DNA of 59,720 nucleotides, filler included, from Basidiobolus ranarum (Eukaryota): NCBI GenBank assembly GCA_040143965.1. It is 2 parts of 2 records of this genome, joined end to end, with 100 filler letters (N's around TTAATTAATTAA, not from the genome) between each part and the next. Parts side by side here need not be neighbours in the genome. Positions count along the whole stretch, not along the records: positions 1 to 29,891 come from JASJQH010000102.1; positions 29,992 to 59,720 come from JASJQH010000103.1. One strand, 5' to 3'. Shown piece by piece: positions 24,420 to 35,520 of this stretch (position 1 is its first letter; each line of letters starts with the position of its first letter). The notes under the pieces were generated by a model. It saw only the letters and a program-made list of their open reading frames with translations, ran no database searches and was not told where the DNA came from. The position numbers and the translations under genes were made by a program.

Positions 24420-26695
24420 TTACAACATAAGATTATTCGAGTATCCTTGTAATTCCTCAATTACAGGCACGATACAAGATCCCTTCTCATTGTTTTTAGC
24501 TAATGGTGTCTTATCACTTGTATTTGAGCGCTTGATGGATGAATCTCCACCTGAAAGTATATTCTGGGTTTTGGTAGAGTGTTGCCATTGTCTCGTACGG
24601 TCCCAGTCTAACACCCTTACACTCCAGGAAATAGAAGGCCATGTACTTTTCAATTTTCCGATCTTCGTATGTATTAATGCGATAATTTTCTCCTTTGTTA
24701 GTGGCCCAGAGGTTCCACTTGCAAGCTTCAAATGCTGAACGCATGTGAGGATTCCTCTTGTGGCCTCATTAAGGTAGTTCTGATAAGAAAGCATCAAGCG
24801 CCGATAAGGAACATATTTTGGGTTGTACATGTGATTATGAAGGGTCTCGAAATGTCGGAATGGATACATAGCAAGACGTGGGTGATGAGCATAACTCTGT
24901 AAGACATTTGAGTCTTGGAGAAGTCGTAAAGGCTTCACAATTAGGATGATGCGGACACTCTCCGTTACACTACTATTCTTCCCGAGATCTTTTGGAACCT
25001 GGAACTCAACTGTCTCCACATCATAGATATCGTTGGTACTCAAACTTAATCGAACAAGATGCTGCAATTTTAAGAAAGCTGTCGCAAATTGGTACTTAAA
25101 AAAGCACAGAGATGATTCCTCTTTTCGAGCTTGAAGGCTGAAGTACATGTCTTCACTCAGGTCCGTTTCATCTGAACCATTCTTCGCCTCAAGAAGTGAT
25201 TTCCACTCATCATCTTCCAAATCAGAGTTTTCTCTAATTTTTATCATTGGGATCATATGTTTACGATCACGCGGGAGAAGAATGTTCATACCATTCGTTG
25301 CAGTTTCCATGTAGTATAATCCGAGATAGAGTCCTGGTGAAGGTTTAACATTTCGAGCTGCGTATAATGTCCATGCTTGTGAGAGAACAGAATAGCATGG
25401 AGCGTAAACCTCTTGGTCCAAAGATTCGATTGAACGCCACTTTAATGTTCCATTTTTGATGCATTCGGTGGCAATACTGGGTAATAAAGCATCATTAACG
25501 TATTGTACCGATAAAAATGTCTTCGAATTATATTGTGGAAGGTGTATCAGCTGCTCATATAAGTGACCAAGTCTTGGTATCGGTAAAATCTTCATCATAT
25601 TGACAGCTGCCTCACAGAATGATAATCTCAAACTTGGAGAGTAGCTTTGGTTTCTCGCTTGATGATGAAGAATTGGGTTGTAACACTCTGATGTATTAGT
25701 TGTTTCCCATTCCATTGAACTTTTCAAAATCCATGAAAACTCCTCTGAACTCTCGCTGAAATCTTTCCCTATATCCAATGTGGAGAGATTATCGATGACG
25801 AGTAGAGTAGGAAGTAAGCCACTTCCAGTCTGTAGTACTTTGTGATCACTGCGGAAGATCATTACAGAAAGGAAAAGGCAATCGGTACGGAGTTTAGTCT
25901 TCAAAGAAGTATAAGGACGATTAAAAAAGCTACTGAATGAGTTCGACTTTGGTGGGAGATATCTGATAGCTTCCTCCGAGTTACGTGATAATATCGGCTA
26001 AGAATAGATAACTTTAGCAGAAATAAGAGAGTTATTGTTCAGTTGTATACCATACCATTCTGGAATGTATTAGCTCATAATAATCCGGTTTCTTACTCAA
26101 GAGTAATAGAGATTTCTATTGATTTGAAAAAAGTCAAAATTATTATTCTAACAGTATTAATTATTTATATTTACTTTAGCTTCAGGTGGATAGGCGTCGA
26201 TAGAGAAATCATCATTCAACCAACTGTTCAATAAATCACAGTAGCTATAGAATAGTAGAAGAGTGTTAATATTCCGTTATCTTGTGTTGGTACTCGCATA
26301 TCTCTTGGCTATTTTCATCCACACCAACGTCAATCCTGAGCCAGTTTGTGTGAGTGCACTTACATTGCATAATTCCATTCCTCCCAATACTCGAATTTCT
26401 CACAGCACTATAAAATCATTGGATCAGCCACAAGTATTATTAAGCAGAACGAAATCATGAGTATTACCATTTCAGCCACCTTTCGGATTCGTGTTCCTTG
26501 GGGGACTCGTAATGTGATGGTCTTGGTTCGAGCTACGTCTTTGATAACAACTGTAACATTTGGACTATCGAAAAATATTCAGAATTGATAAAAGATTAAC
26601 TTTTACAACGATGACAGAAAACAATACCCTTCTGATTCTAAGATCGATTGTCCAGTGTATGATCTCCGTTTTTCGAGGCTCAGATTGTTATGCAT
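24420..26695 (-). CDS. Tandem paralog of 20938-23227 (ubiquitin-like plus ANKFN1/WAKE-like domain), copy B; 6 exons
   Basis: MHNNLSLEKRR...G|PNVTVVIKDVARTKTITLRVPQGTRIRKVAEM|CCEKFEYWEEWNYAI|YCDLLNSWLNDD... splices into the 494-aa ORF; all five introns are at positions conserved with copy A. Confidence 0.8.
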
Positions 26696-28462
26696 GTGTG
26701 ACTTACTGAAAGAACAGTGAAATAAAGGGTGAAAGAAAAGAGAGGGAGGTAAAGCTGTCTGATAATAGGTTATGAGCTCAGATATCACTGCACGTTTCCT
26801 CAGAGGCTTTATATAAGTACAGCAATGCTTCGATGACAGGTATTTGTATGCTAGCAGTTCAATTAAACCATATTTCAGGGTATATTTAGTTCACTGGTCA
26901 CCAGAGATTTCGTAAAAGAACAAATTTGTAGATGGTTACAGGCTTTCGTGGCCTCAACGAAAATGAATTATAGGAGGTTATGAATTGTATTTGTATGTAT
27001 ATAATTATGTTGTAGAATAAAATAATTACCCCTTCTCAATTGAGACATTTGAATTTGTTATTTTGATTTTCCCCTACATTAGCTATGGTGATAGTGATAT
27101 TGGACAAGTATGAGATAGGTGTCGCTAGCTATAACATGCCATCATGGACACTGTGGCATTGACTTGTTCAATCAGGTTCCAACAGAAACATGAGTTGGAG
27201 CTTGGATCTCGATTACTTTGCCTCGCCTCGAATATCCCTATGTAGTTGTTAGAGCTTGAACTAGCCAACAATAACATCAACAAACGCTGGGATATTTTAG
27301 AAAGTAAGTCATGTGGAGTAATTGGGTCTATGGAGTAATCGGGTCTAGATCGTTAGCAGGACATCCCCCATGAATAATATAAACACTAGATGAGTATTTA
27401 GGGGATATTATTTAGGATACTATTTGGGGCTCTATGTATCAATTCACACATATCTACTATACGGTTTAACACATTCGACATTAAACATCAGGTTGATAAT
27501 GAAACTTTATTTGGTCAAGAACGCTACTAAAACTGCACAGTATTTCTGACTCAAATGAACCTGAAATAGTCGATACCCCTTAGAGCTAGCTCTTTTCATA
27601 AATATGCCGCACATTAGTCCTACCCAGCATGTTCCAGATACTTTTGAACATCCTTTCAAAGACCAGTGTAAGAGAAGCTTTCATTGCCCATCCACACACT
27701 TTGCTGGATAAATACTTGCAAGCGGATTTGTGGGTTCCACTGCAAGAGTTCCCGGTATTCACAAGAAATTCATGATTGAAAGAATGAACCATAGACAAAA
27801 ATCTTGTGGATTTAGAAACACTAGGGAGTTTGTACAACGACAAGTGTATAGTGGCAATGGTAATTATAATCACTAAATAAGCCGAATATTCAAGTAACTT
27901 ACAAGCCCTATGGGATTCACATGAACTCGGTGTCGAAGGTAAGATGAATATTACTATTCTTGCTCATGTTTAGAAGGCTCTAGACATACTTGGCTTGTAA
28001 TAGCTATATAATGAGTGCTTGCACTACCAGAATAGCTTTCTGTATCGCCAACACCTACCTATCATATAGTAATCAAGCATGAATAGCATTGAATTCCAGT
28101 GTCATGTGCACTACATAATATTCCCTCAATATCGCGACACTTCTGATAGTTGTGCTTAAATGTATAAATCAAAGATAAAGAAGTTCTCAGCCCAAATCTC
28201 TAGGCTATTAAATCATCGTTCTTAAAGCAATACAACGTGCTAACCATGAGGTTCTAAAAAGCTATGTTAATATGTTTCACGCTCTGAAGTGCTCCTTTTA
28301 TATTTCAAACCAAGTAACACATTTTATTCTTTAATGGAAATTGAATGCACATTCTACATCTCAATCATAATATACCCATTCCTATCGACTTTTACAATGA
28401 GAGCGAAGAAAGAAAAGTAAAGTTATTCCGACGGACAATAGTACAAATAAAGGAGTGTTGTC

Positions 28463-29662
28463 TTAATTATTAGAAGGTGCCCAAATAGCACTAATGGGGT
28501 TTATGTAACCTAACTCGTTGGTATCAGCGTCCCAATCAGCTCTACCCGTAAGCCAGCCGAACGCCAACATACGATATTCTGCTAACATCTTCATTTGTTC
28601 GTGTTGTTCTGATGGGAGGTCTTTGTAAGCAACAATTCCGGTTCCTTCCTCTTCGATACCTCCTAGATCAACTCCGAAGTCATTGTCTTTAACCTTTGAG
28701 ATAAGTTGACTCTCTTGTGCTCTAACTGATGCCTGAGCAATTGCTTCTGGCATTTGCTGAATCATATCCTTCAACTGTTTGGGGATTTTGGGGGGAGGTG
28801 AACTAGAGCACGAGTGATCTGGAAATATGATGGGCCTAATAGCCAGCAATGCTTGAGCTCTAGAACGCCAATACCAAGCTTCAGCGATATTGATCTCTCT
28901 TTGAACAGCAGGTGGACTACGTGATTTCCCCTCCATTGACATGTATCTTAAGAACTCAGTAATACTCTGAGGGTGAGCGGGCATGATTCCAGTGGATTGG
29001 AAAAGCTTGAAGCGTGGAAAATAATGATTATACTGAGGGATTTCTGGATAAAGATGAAGTGACCATAACAAAATTCCTAAAAAATTGAACCTCGTCTGAA
29101 TAAATGAATTAAGAATATAGACACTAAGACCAAATACAAAACTTCTTCCTACCAAAAGTCTCCCACCGGCCATTATTGGCAGATAGAATCTCTGAATCCC
29201 AAGAACCAAGAGATTTTTCGATAAGTTTACGTTCCTAAAGAAAGGTTTCTAATTGAGTTCCAGGTATACGCATGCAGTTATTAAGTGTACTTACTTTTTC
29301 AGTAAAGTTAACATATACTCCTGATTCTTCAGTGGCACGAATGATGGCTTCGAACGCTGTTTTATGTCTATCATCTATATCCAGTAAGAGAATTAGTTTA
29401 ACCTTAATGGGCTGTTTTTGCTTCAGCATCTTCCCACCTAGAGAACATTAAAGCAGCACTTACCCGAACTATTATCGGCATAAGCAGCTTCAACTCCCCA
29501 ACGAGATAAAAACAATTGTGTGCAAGCCACTCGTGTAGCTACTTCTTGAACTGAGCGAGTTTGCAATCCACTTTCACTAGGAGCAGCGAAACCTCTCTTC
29601 AAGAGACTACCTCTTAAACCATTGAAAAGGCGTGTCACACGAGCACACCCACCTGGCAACAT
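28463..29662 (-). CDS. DUF4272-like protein with a predicted mitochondrial presequence; 4 exons
   Basis: Spliced: TRSVQEVATRV...FTEKERKLI...W...GRWETFGILLWSL...RSPPAVQREINIAEAWYWRSR...EYRMLAFGWL..ADWD, matching the DUF4272 motif order as I recall it; Arg-rich N-terminus without acidic residues. Confidence 0.7.
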
Positions 29663-29891
29663 TATTCCAAAAGTCGTAGTTGGGGGGAAAGGTATCAAGG
29701 GATATTCACTAAACGATAGAAGCCGAAATAAATATGATGGATGGGAGAAATTCTCATCAAGCTTCGGTTAATTCACACAAAGTTAAAATCCACAATATTC
29801 CTCTATAAATTCTCGCATCATTTAATCCTTCAATAATCATTATCAGTTTAATAATCAGGTATGTATCATTATTCTCTGCTGGTGTTGATAC

Positions 29892-29991
29892 NNNNNNNNN
29901 NNNNNNNNNNNNNNNNNNNNNNNNNNNNNNNNNNNTTAATTAATTAANNNNNNNNNNNNNNNNNNNNNNNNNNNNNNNNNNNNNNNNNNNN
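29892..29991. other. Assembly gap or contig-join spacer (artificial)
   Basis: N44 + TTAATTAATTAA + N44 = 100 nt; the central 12-mer gives stop codons in all six frames. Confidence 0.97.
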
Positions 29992-30579
29992 GGAGGTAAC
30001 GGTGGAGGAAATGGTGGTGGTGCTTACGATACCGGCAATGGTGGTAACGGCGGTGGAAATGGTGGCGACAATGGCGGTAACGGCGGAGGAAATGGAGGAA
30101 ACGGTGGTGCCTATGGCCCTGGAGGTGGTAACGGAGGCGACAGTGGCCCAGGAAAGGGGGGTGGTGAGAAGGGAGGGAACGGTGGAGGGGCTTACGATAC
30201 CGGCAATGGTGGCAACGGTGGTGGAAATGGTGGCGATAACGGCGGCGGTAACGGTGGTGGAAATGGTGGTGCCTACGGTCCTGGAGGTGGTAATGGAGGC
30301 GGCAGTGGCCCCGGAAACGGTGGTGGTGACAATGGAGGTAACGGTGGTGGCGCTTACGATACCGGTAATGGTGGTAATGGCGGTGGAAATGGTGGTGATA
30401 ATGGCGGCAACGGCGGCGGAAATGGAGGTGCCTATGGCCCTGGAGGTGGTAACGGGGGCGGCAGTGGCCCTGGAAATGGTGGTGCAGGCAATGGTGAAGG
30501 GGCCGATTGCGATGAGAACGCCGGTGGAAATGGTGGAGGTGGAAATGGCGGAGCTTATAACCCCCATTCCGACTTGTAA
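29992..30579 (+). CDS. Gly/Asn-rich repetitive structural protein (5'-partial, cut by the gap)
   Basis: The frame starting at 29992 reads GGNGGGNGGGAYDTGNGGNGGG...GGAYGPGGGNGG...AYNPHSDL*; GGN codons vary at the third position; repeat period 162-168 nt; AATAAA at about 30676. Confidence 0.85.
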   Translation, partial: GGNGGGNGGGAYDTGNGGNGGGNGGDNGGNGGGNGGNGGAYGPGGGNGGDSGPGKGGGEKGGNGGGAYDTGNGGNGGGNGGDNGGGNGGGNGGAYGPGGGNGGGSGPGNGGGDNGGNGGGAYDTGNGGNGGGNGGDNGGNGGGNGGAYGPGGGNGGGSGPGNGGAGNGEGADCDENAGGNGGGGNGGAYNPHSDL

Positions 30580-31380
30580 CTCAATTGTTTCACGAAGCTT
30601 GTTGTCGAATATTCAATAGTTAATTACGCTTATATCAAATGAGATTATCCTCTAAATTCTTGTACTTTTAACCACAATAAAAATCTAAAATTGATATTTC
30701 TGTATAAGTTTATGTTCTACCAGGTGCTGATTTCAGCTTCAGTTTTACTTTGTTAAAGGTATGGAGACCAAGTGAGATACGGATTCTCGACCGGTTTTGG
30801 AGGTTCAAATTTCATGATAGTGTGAACTGGGACAGAAAGCAATACTTCGTATATAGGCTAATATAAACCAGGGCATATATTTTTAACCTTCATAATGCTC
30901 TGATAACTCTGTATCGAATACATACACATACGTATTGAATTTGGGTTGGTTAATTGACGTTTTGCGGTTTTCAGTTGATGGAATGAGCACTTCAATATTT
31001 TCTCTTCATTCAAGAACCAAGGCTACCTAGTATTTCTATTTTGGAATATACCGTATGTTGATATCGTGTATTGTTGGTTTTATGTCAACTTTAACAATTT
31101 TCTATCACAGTTATTCTAATGTCAGAAAAGGAATGAAGCATATATACGCTTATACTGATTCAACATATAAATCCAGTCATTAGACCCCGGCCTCGTCTCA
31201 GTATTATTTTTCCAAACCAATTTGAGCATTTTCATTAGTTTCATTATTTTCCCGAACCAATTTTGGCCGACACTAGAATCTCTTTGTACACCTAAGCCAC
31301 TTTGGCTGACGTAACATGCTGATTAATGGTAGAAAAGGTATATAAGGATAGATTAGGTGGTTAAAATCACTTACTACAAC

Positions 31381-31866
31381 ATGCTATCTTCACGCCCCTT
31401 GATTACTAAGGCTACATCAAATCATAAACTCTACACTCGCTCAGCTATATTCATTCCCAGAGCTTCCTTTTCCACTCGTGTAGTTGTGACAACATACAAT
31501 GGATATCGACAGGAGGCGCAGATAGACAAACATCGACTAACCATTGACGAGCCAGTCGACGTTGGTGGCACCGATGCCGGGCCAGATCCAATATCCACTG
31601 TAGCTAGTGCACTTGGTGGATGCACCAATATCACATTGCAGATGTACGCCAAAAGAAAGAAGTATCCACTAGAGAAAGTCATCACCTCGGTGCATACTCT
31701 GAAAAATTCTGATGCAGGAAATGCAACCGCATTTCATAGGACCATTCAACTGGTAGGGGAGGAACTAAAGCCGGAACACCGTGAGAGTCTTTTAAATATT
31801 GCTAATAAGTGTCCAGTTCATCGTATTCTGGAGAATTCTACCAAAATCGTTACAGAATTGGTATAA
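31381..31866 (+). CDS. OsmC/Ohr-superfamily (YhfA-like) protein with an N-terminal presequence, intronless
   Basis: DEPVDVGGTDAGPDP, ALGGCT, QMYAKRK and ANKCPVHRIL; both conserved Cys are present. Confidence 0.9.
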   Translation: MLSSRPLITKATSNHKLYTRSAIFIPRASFSTRVVVTTYNGYRQEAQIDKHRLTIDEPVDVGGTDAGPDPISTVASALGGCTNITLQMYAKRKKYPLEKVITSVHTLKNSDAGNATAFHRTIQLVGEELKPEHRESLLNIANKCPVHRILENSTKIVTELV

Positions 31867-31978
31867 ACAGTAAAAACCAGCATTGACACTAGAATAAATG
31901 TTTAGTTTAATAAATTAAATTAAGGTGCAACCAGGGATGCTACATAGAATTACGGCAAATATATACAGAAGAGCCATT

Positions 31979-33030
31979 TCAGGATAATTCGATCGGAGGT
32001 TTCTCCTCGTAGGGTGGCGGTAGAGAATACCTCACTACTTCAGCTCTGCTGTCTGTAGTGAATTCCATGGGCTCGTAGCTAGGTGGAGACTGTGACAGCT
32101 CGAATTGAGCTTCAGAACGAATCGAAAAAGGTATGTCAACATAGAACCACCAGCGTCGCTTGAAAATGTCGCTGAGCTTAACCTTAGCAACCAATAAGTG
32201 AGATACCTCGATAACATCGGTTTGACAATCAGGATGAGCAGATTCGGGTATTTGAATCATCATCGAGAATTCTGATTGGCCTACATCAAATCTGGGCACG
32301 GGTCGATTGATCTCGCATAATTTTTCCGTTTCAAACTCTGGACGTTGCGAAAGGTTAGAGAATCTCGCAACTTCTTTGATCGACAAAGATATATCGGTAA
32401 TGGTAAAGTAAGTGTCATGAACGATGAATGAGAACTGCAGAGGCATTGTGTTTCCTGGGAAGAATTGGGTTTTGGGTATAGTGGCAGCATAACGTAGATT
32501 ATTAGCCCATCGGCCTATACATGATATTTGGCCAGCCATGTCTCCATTAAAGTCGAAAGAAGCCCGTTGAACCTTCACCAGCACTGTTTTGCTAATATTT
32601 CGTACTAGTGAAGGTCGTTCAATGGTGGCTATGAGACGATATAAAATATGACCTGTTGGAACTCTAACGGAAACCGGTAAACTTCCCTTGATCGGATATT
32701 CAAAAGGGAATTCATACGATTCACCAGCATGGAGTGTATGTAAAGTGGCTTCAACATTCATAAAAGTCCAACTATTGTCAAGAAAAGATACATTTTGCCA
32801 AGCTTCTATAGTCAAATGGTTAGAATATACAATAAACAAAGCCGCACAGTGGTTCACTAACCTCGAAGAGTTTTTAGTTCGATCCTCCCTTCAAATTGAA
32901 GTCTAACTGCCTTGACTTTGATAGTTTTAGTAGGTGCTATAATCAAAGTCCCGTATAGTACACTTCCAACCGATTCCGCAGGTGAACCATGTAAGATTAT
33001 TGGGTCATCACGTAAGCGAATTTCAATCAT
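31979..33030 (-). CDS. Alpha-arrestin (ART/CreD-like) 1; one intron
   Basis: MIEIRL..DPIILHGSPAESVGSVLYG; YEFPFEYPI.GSLPVS; PY motifs PPSY and PPPY. Confidence 0.88.
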
Positions 33031-33375
33031 ACTATTAATAATACGAGCAGCCGAGCATCAAGTGGACAAGGGAGGAAGATGAGAGGAAAAGGTAGAAATT
33101 GAATGGATATTCAGAGCGCTGGCAGTTATATATTCAGTAGTTATGGCCATTCAAGCCCAACTGTGAAATAATACATCTTTCAACAGCAGCATTATGATGG
33201 TCTTACCACAAGTCTCACAAACACTGCTGATTACTCTATACAACAGACTACTCTATCCTTTTCCCGGGGTTCTCAGTCAACTATAACTATAAAAGTTAAC
33301 TGTTGTCATCCCTATAAATTCTTGCTAGATATCGTCACAACATTATAAAATCCCCACTTGTCCAACAGCTGGTGT

Positions 33376-33615
33376 AATCTAGTAGCGACATATCACCAAC
33401 CCAGTAGCGAGTGCGATCATATATCTTCATCAATCTGGTAAGAATCTAGTAGCGACATATCATCAATCCAGTAGCAAGTACTGCTAGTAACGAGCGTACT
33501 ATTGCCATTAATCCAATATCGGATAATCAGCATATTATCATCAATCTAGAAGCGAGCATAATCGGCATACTAACATCAATCTGGTGGTGAGTATGATCAG
33601 CATATATTATCAGCT
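33376..33615. repeat. Degenerate minisatellite-like array (about 35-bp unit)
   Basis: Recurrent aatctagtagcgacatatca(c/t)caa and c(a/g)gcata..atcatcaatct(a/g)g..g.gag.at.at units. Confidence 0.65.
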
Positions 33616-34270
33616 TATATTATCAGTAATCCTGGCAGTTTCCATCATCCTTAATGAAATTGATCAATAATGGGATAACATTCATTTCAGGTATTATACG
33701 GTATATGTAATATTTGGTGTAACATGTAACACACTTTTTGGTTGCCTTACATATATATATATATATATTCATTTGCTTCCGGTATCTTAACCGGTGTCTT
33801 AACCCTAAGTGAATGCTCTTAATTTTTATCTATAATTACCGCAATATTCTTTGCTTTATCGCTACTTACCACAACACTCTGTTTAGAGTAAGGATTTAGT
33901 GACAGACCTGGTAATATTGCCCCTCATCAGCCTCCACAAGGCTACTGGGAATGTGAAGTTAGAAATACCTTATTTAGACTAATTTCACTTCGGTTTAATA
34001 ACTTGCCTAATACTGAAGTAGGTATTCTTTAACTAAGATGGGATTTTGGATGAATTACCATATATAGTCCTACTTTATACTGTTGAGTGGAGTGTAAACA
34101 AATTTGATGCTTATTTGATGTCTACTCACTGCTAACCCGTCACCAAACTCCATCTTGGAAAATCCAACAAACATACCCACGTGTTTGATATACTTCCCAC
34201 CAAAATAAAGACTTTTGGAAAGCAAAAGAATTGTAACACCGCGTTTACACCTACTTCATTAAGGAAAAGC

Positions 34271-34278
34271 TGACGTCA
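34271..34278. promoter_or_regulatory. CRE (ATF/CREB) palindrome upstream of PL14
   Basis: TGACGTCA about 100 bp before TATAAAA (34382). Confidence 0.35.
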
Positions 34279-34452
34279 CATATACCCATTTGGTAGTCCA
34301 CGGCTGGATTTACTTAAATGCAAATTCGAAATAGGAATTATTTAAAATATGCTTTCGTTTTCTCACCTCCTCTAGCCTCTATATAAAACCCCTATAGCCT
34401 AGACACTTCATTTGTTTATTCGATCATTTAATTTGTGAACTGGCTAATAGCT

Positions 34453-35436
34453 ATGTTCGTTAACTTCGCCTTTCCTCTTCTACTTCTTACTTTAACAGCT
34501 AGTCATGCTGCAGCTAATCCTGCCGAGATATCACGTTTCATATTCCAGAAAGCCTGGTCACCCAAATCTCTGAATTTAACCGATTGGAATTTCCGTAGCG
34601 GAGCCAAGAGTTCCTTCGACAGTGTATCGATGATAAAAGACCCTTTCAACACCAATCAGGATACATGCTATAATATACCTTTCGCTAAGCAAAGCTATGG
34701 TATAGATGGAAGTAATAATAGTGGAGTTCATGCCAACTTTAAACCACTACAAGATCACCAAGCCAATCGAGCAATGATTAGCTATGAAGTAGGATTCCCC
34801 GAAAACTTCAATTGGGTTAAAGGTGGCAAACTTCCAGGCTTATTTGGAGGATCTGCAGATTTAGGTTGCACTGGTGGCCGTGAGGCTAACGGGTACAATT
34901 GTTTCTCTACTAGATTGATGTGGCGCGAAGGTGGAGTTGGTGAAGTGTATGCATATATACCCAAATCACTAAACAGAAAGCTATGCTCTAGATCAGATAC
35001 CACCTGTAATTCGGAGTATGGGACATCAATCGGCCGAAACTTCAGGTTCAATGCAGGCAGCTGGAACAAGGTTGATTTGTTTGTTCAACTTAACACTGGA
35101 AATGAACAAAATGGCTACTTAAAGCTCTATGTCAATGGGAAGTTACAGGTGGATTTATCCAACCTCGTGTATCGTTCAGCTGATGACTTGTATGCAGATA
35201 CATTTGAGTTCAGCTCATTTTTTGGTGGCTCTACTCCAGACTACGCTACACCAGTTGACACTAATGTTTACATCAAAAATATCAAATTTCAAACTGATCC
35301 GGAGTACTTGGAGAATACATTGATTACATTGGATAGCTCATCAACCAGTTCCACGCCGTTAAAGACTATTTATTTATTACTCCTCAGCACCTCCATCATC
35401 AAGATCATGAATTTCTACCCAACTGTAAATATCTAA
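34453..35436 (+). CDS. Secreted polysaccharide lyase family 14 (alginate/glucuronan lyase-like), intronless, probable GPI tail
   Basis: Signal peptide; YEVGFPENFNWVKGGKLPGLFGG, CFSTRLMWR, EVYAY, YGTSIGR and FSSFFGG motifs. Confidence 0.92.
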   Translation: MFVNFAFPLLLLTLTASHAAANPAEISRFIFQKAWSPKSLNLTDWNFRSGAKSSFDSVSMIKDPFNTNQDTCYNIPFAKQSYGIDGSNNSGVHANFKPLQDHQANRAMISYEVGFPENFNWVKGGKLPGLFGGSADLGCTGGREANGYNCFSTRLMWREGGVGEVYAYIPKSLNRKLCSRSDTTCNSEYGTSIGRNFRFNAGSWNKVDLFVQLNTGNEQNGYLKLYVNGKLQVDLSNLVYRSADDLYADTFEFSSFFGGSTPDYATPVDTNVYIKNIKFQTDPEYLENTLITLDSSSTSSTPLKTIYLLLLSTSIIKIMNFYPTVNI

Positions 35437-35520
35437 TTCTTACTTTATTATACTCGATAATTTGTAATCTATCATTTAAATTGGATAAATATCTACAATT
35501 TCTATGATATCTTCAGAAAA

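Noticed and set aside
27586-27873. 95-aa minus-strand ORF
   Set aside because: Non-ATG start, no recognisable motif or gene signals
29936-29947. TTAATTAATTAA palindrome inside the N run
   Set aside because: Artificial six-frame stop linker, not biological
29944-30619. Val/Met-rich (+) and Thr/Ser/Ile-rich (-) ORFs of about 205 aa
   Set aside because: Shadow frames of the Gly-rich repeat gene; third-position variation fits the GGN frame
33376-33615. Repeat array considered as a CRISPR
   Set aside because: Eukaryotic context, degenerate units, no unique equal-length spacers and no cas genes
33800-33808. TAACCCTAA telomere-like motif (also at about 49443)
   Set aside because: Single short copies are expected by chance in AT-rich DNA; no array
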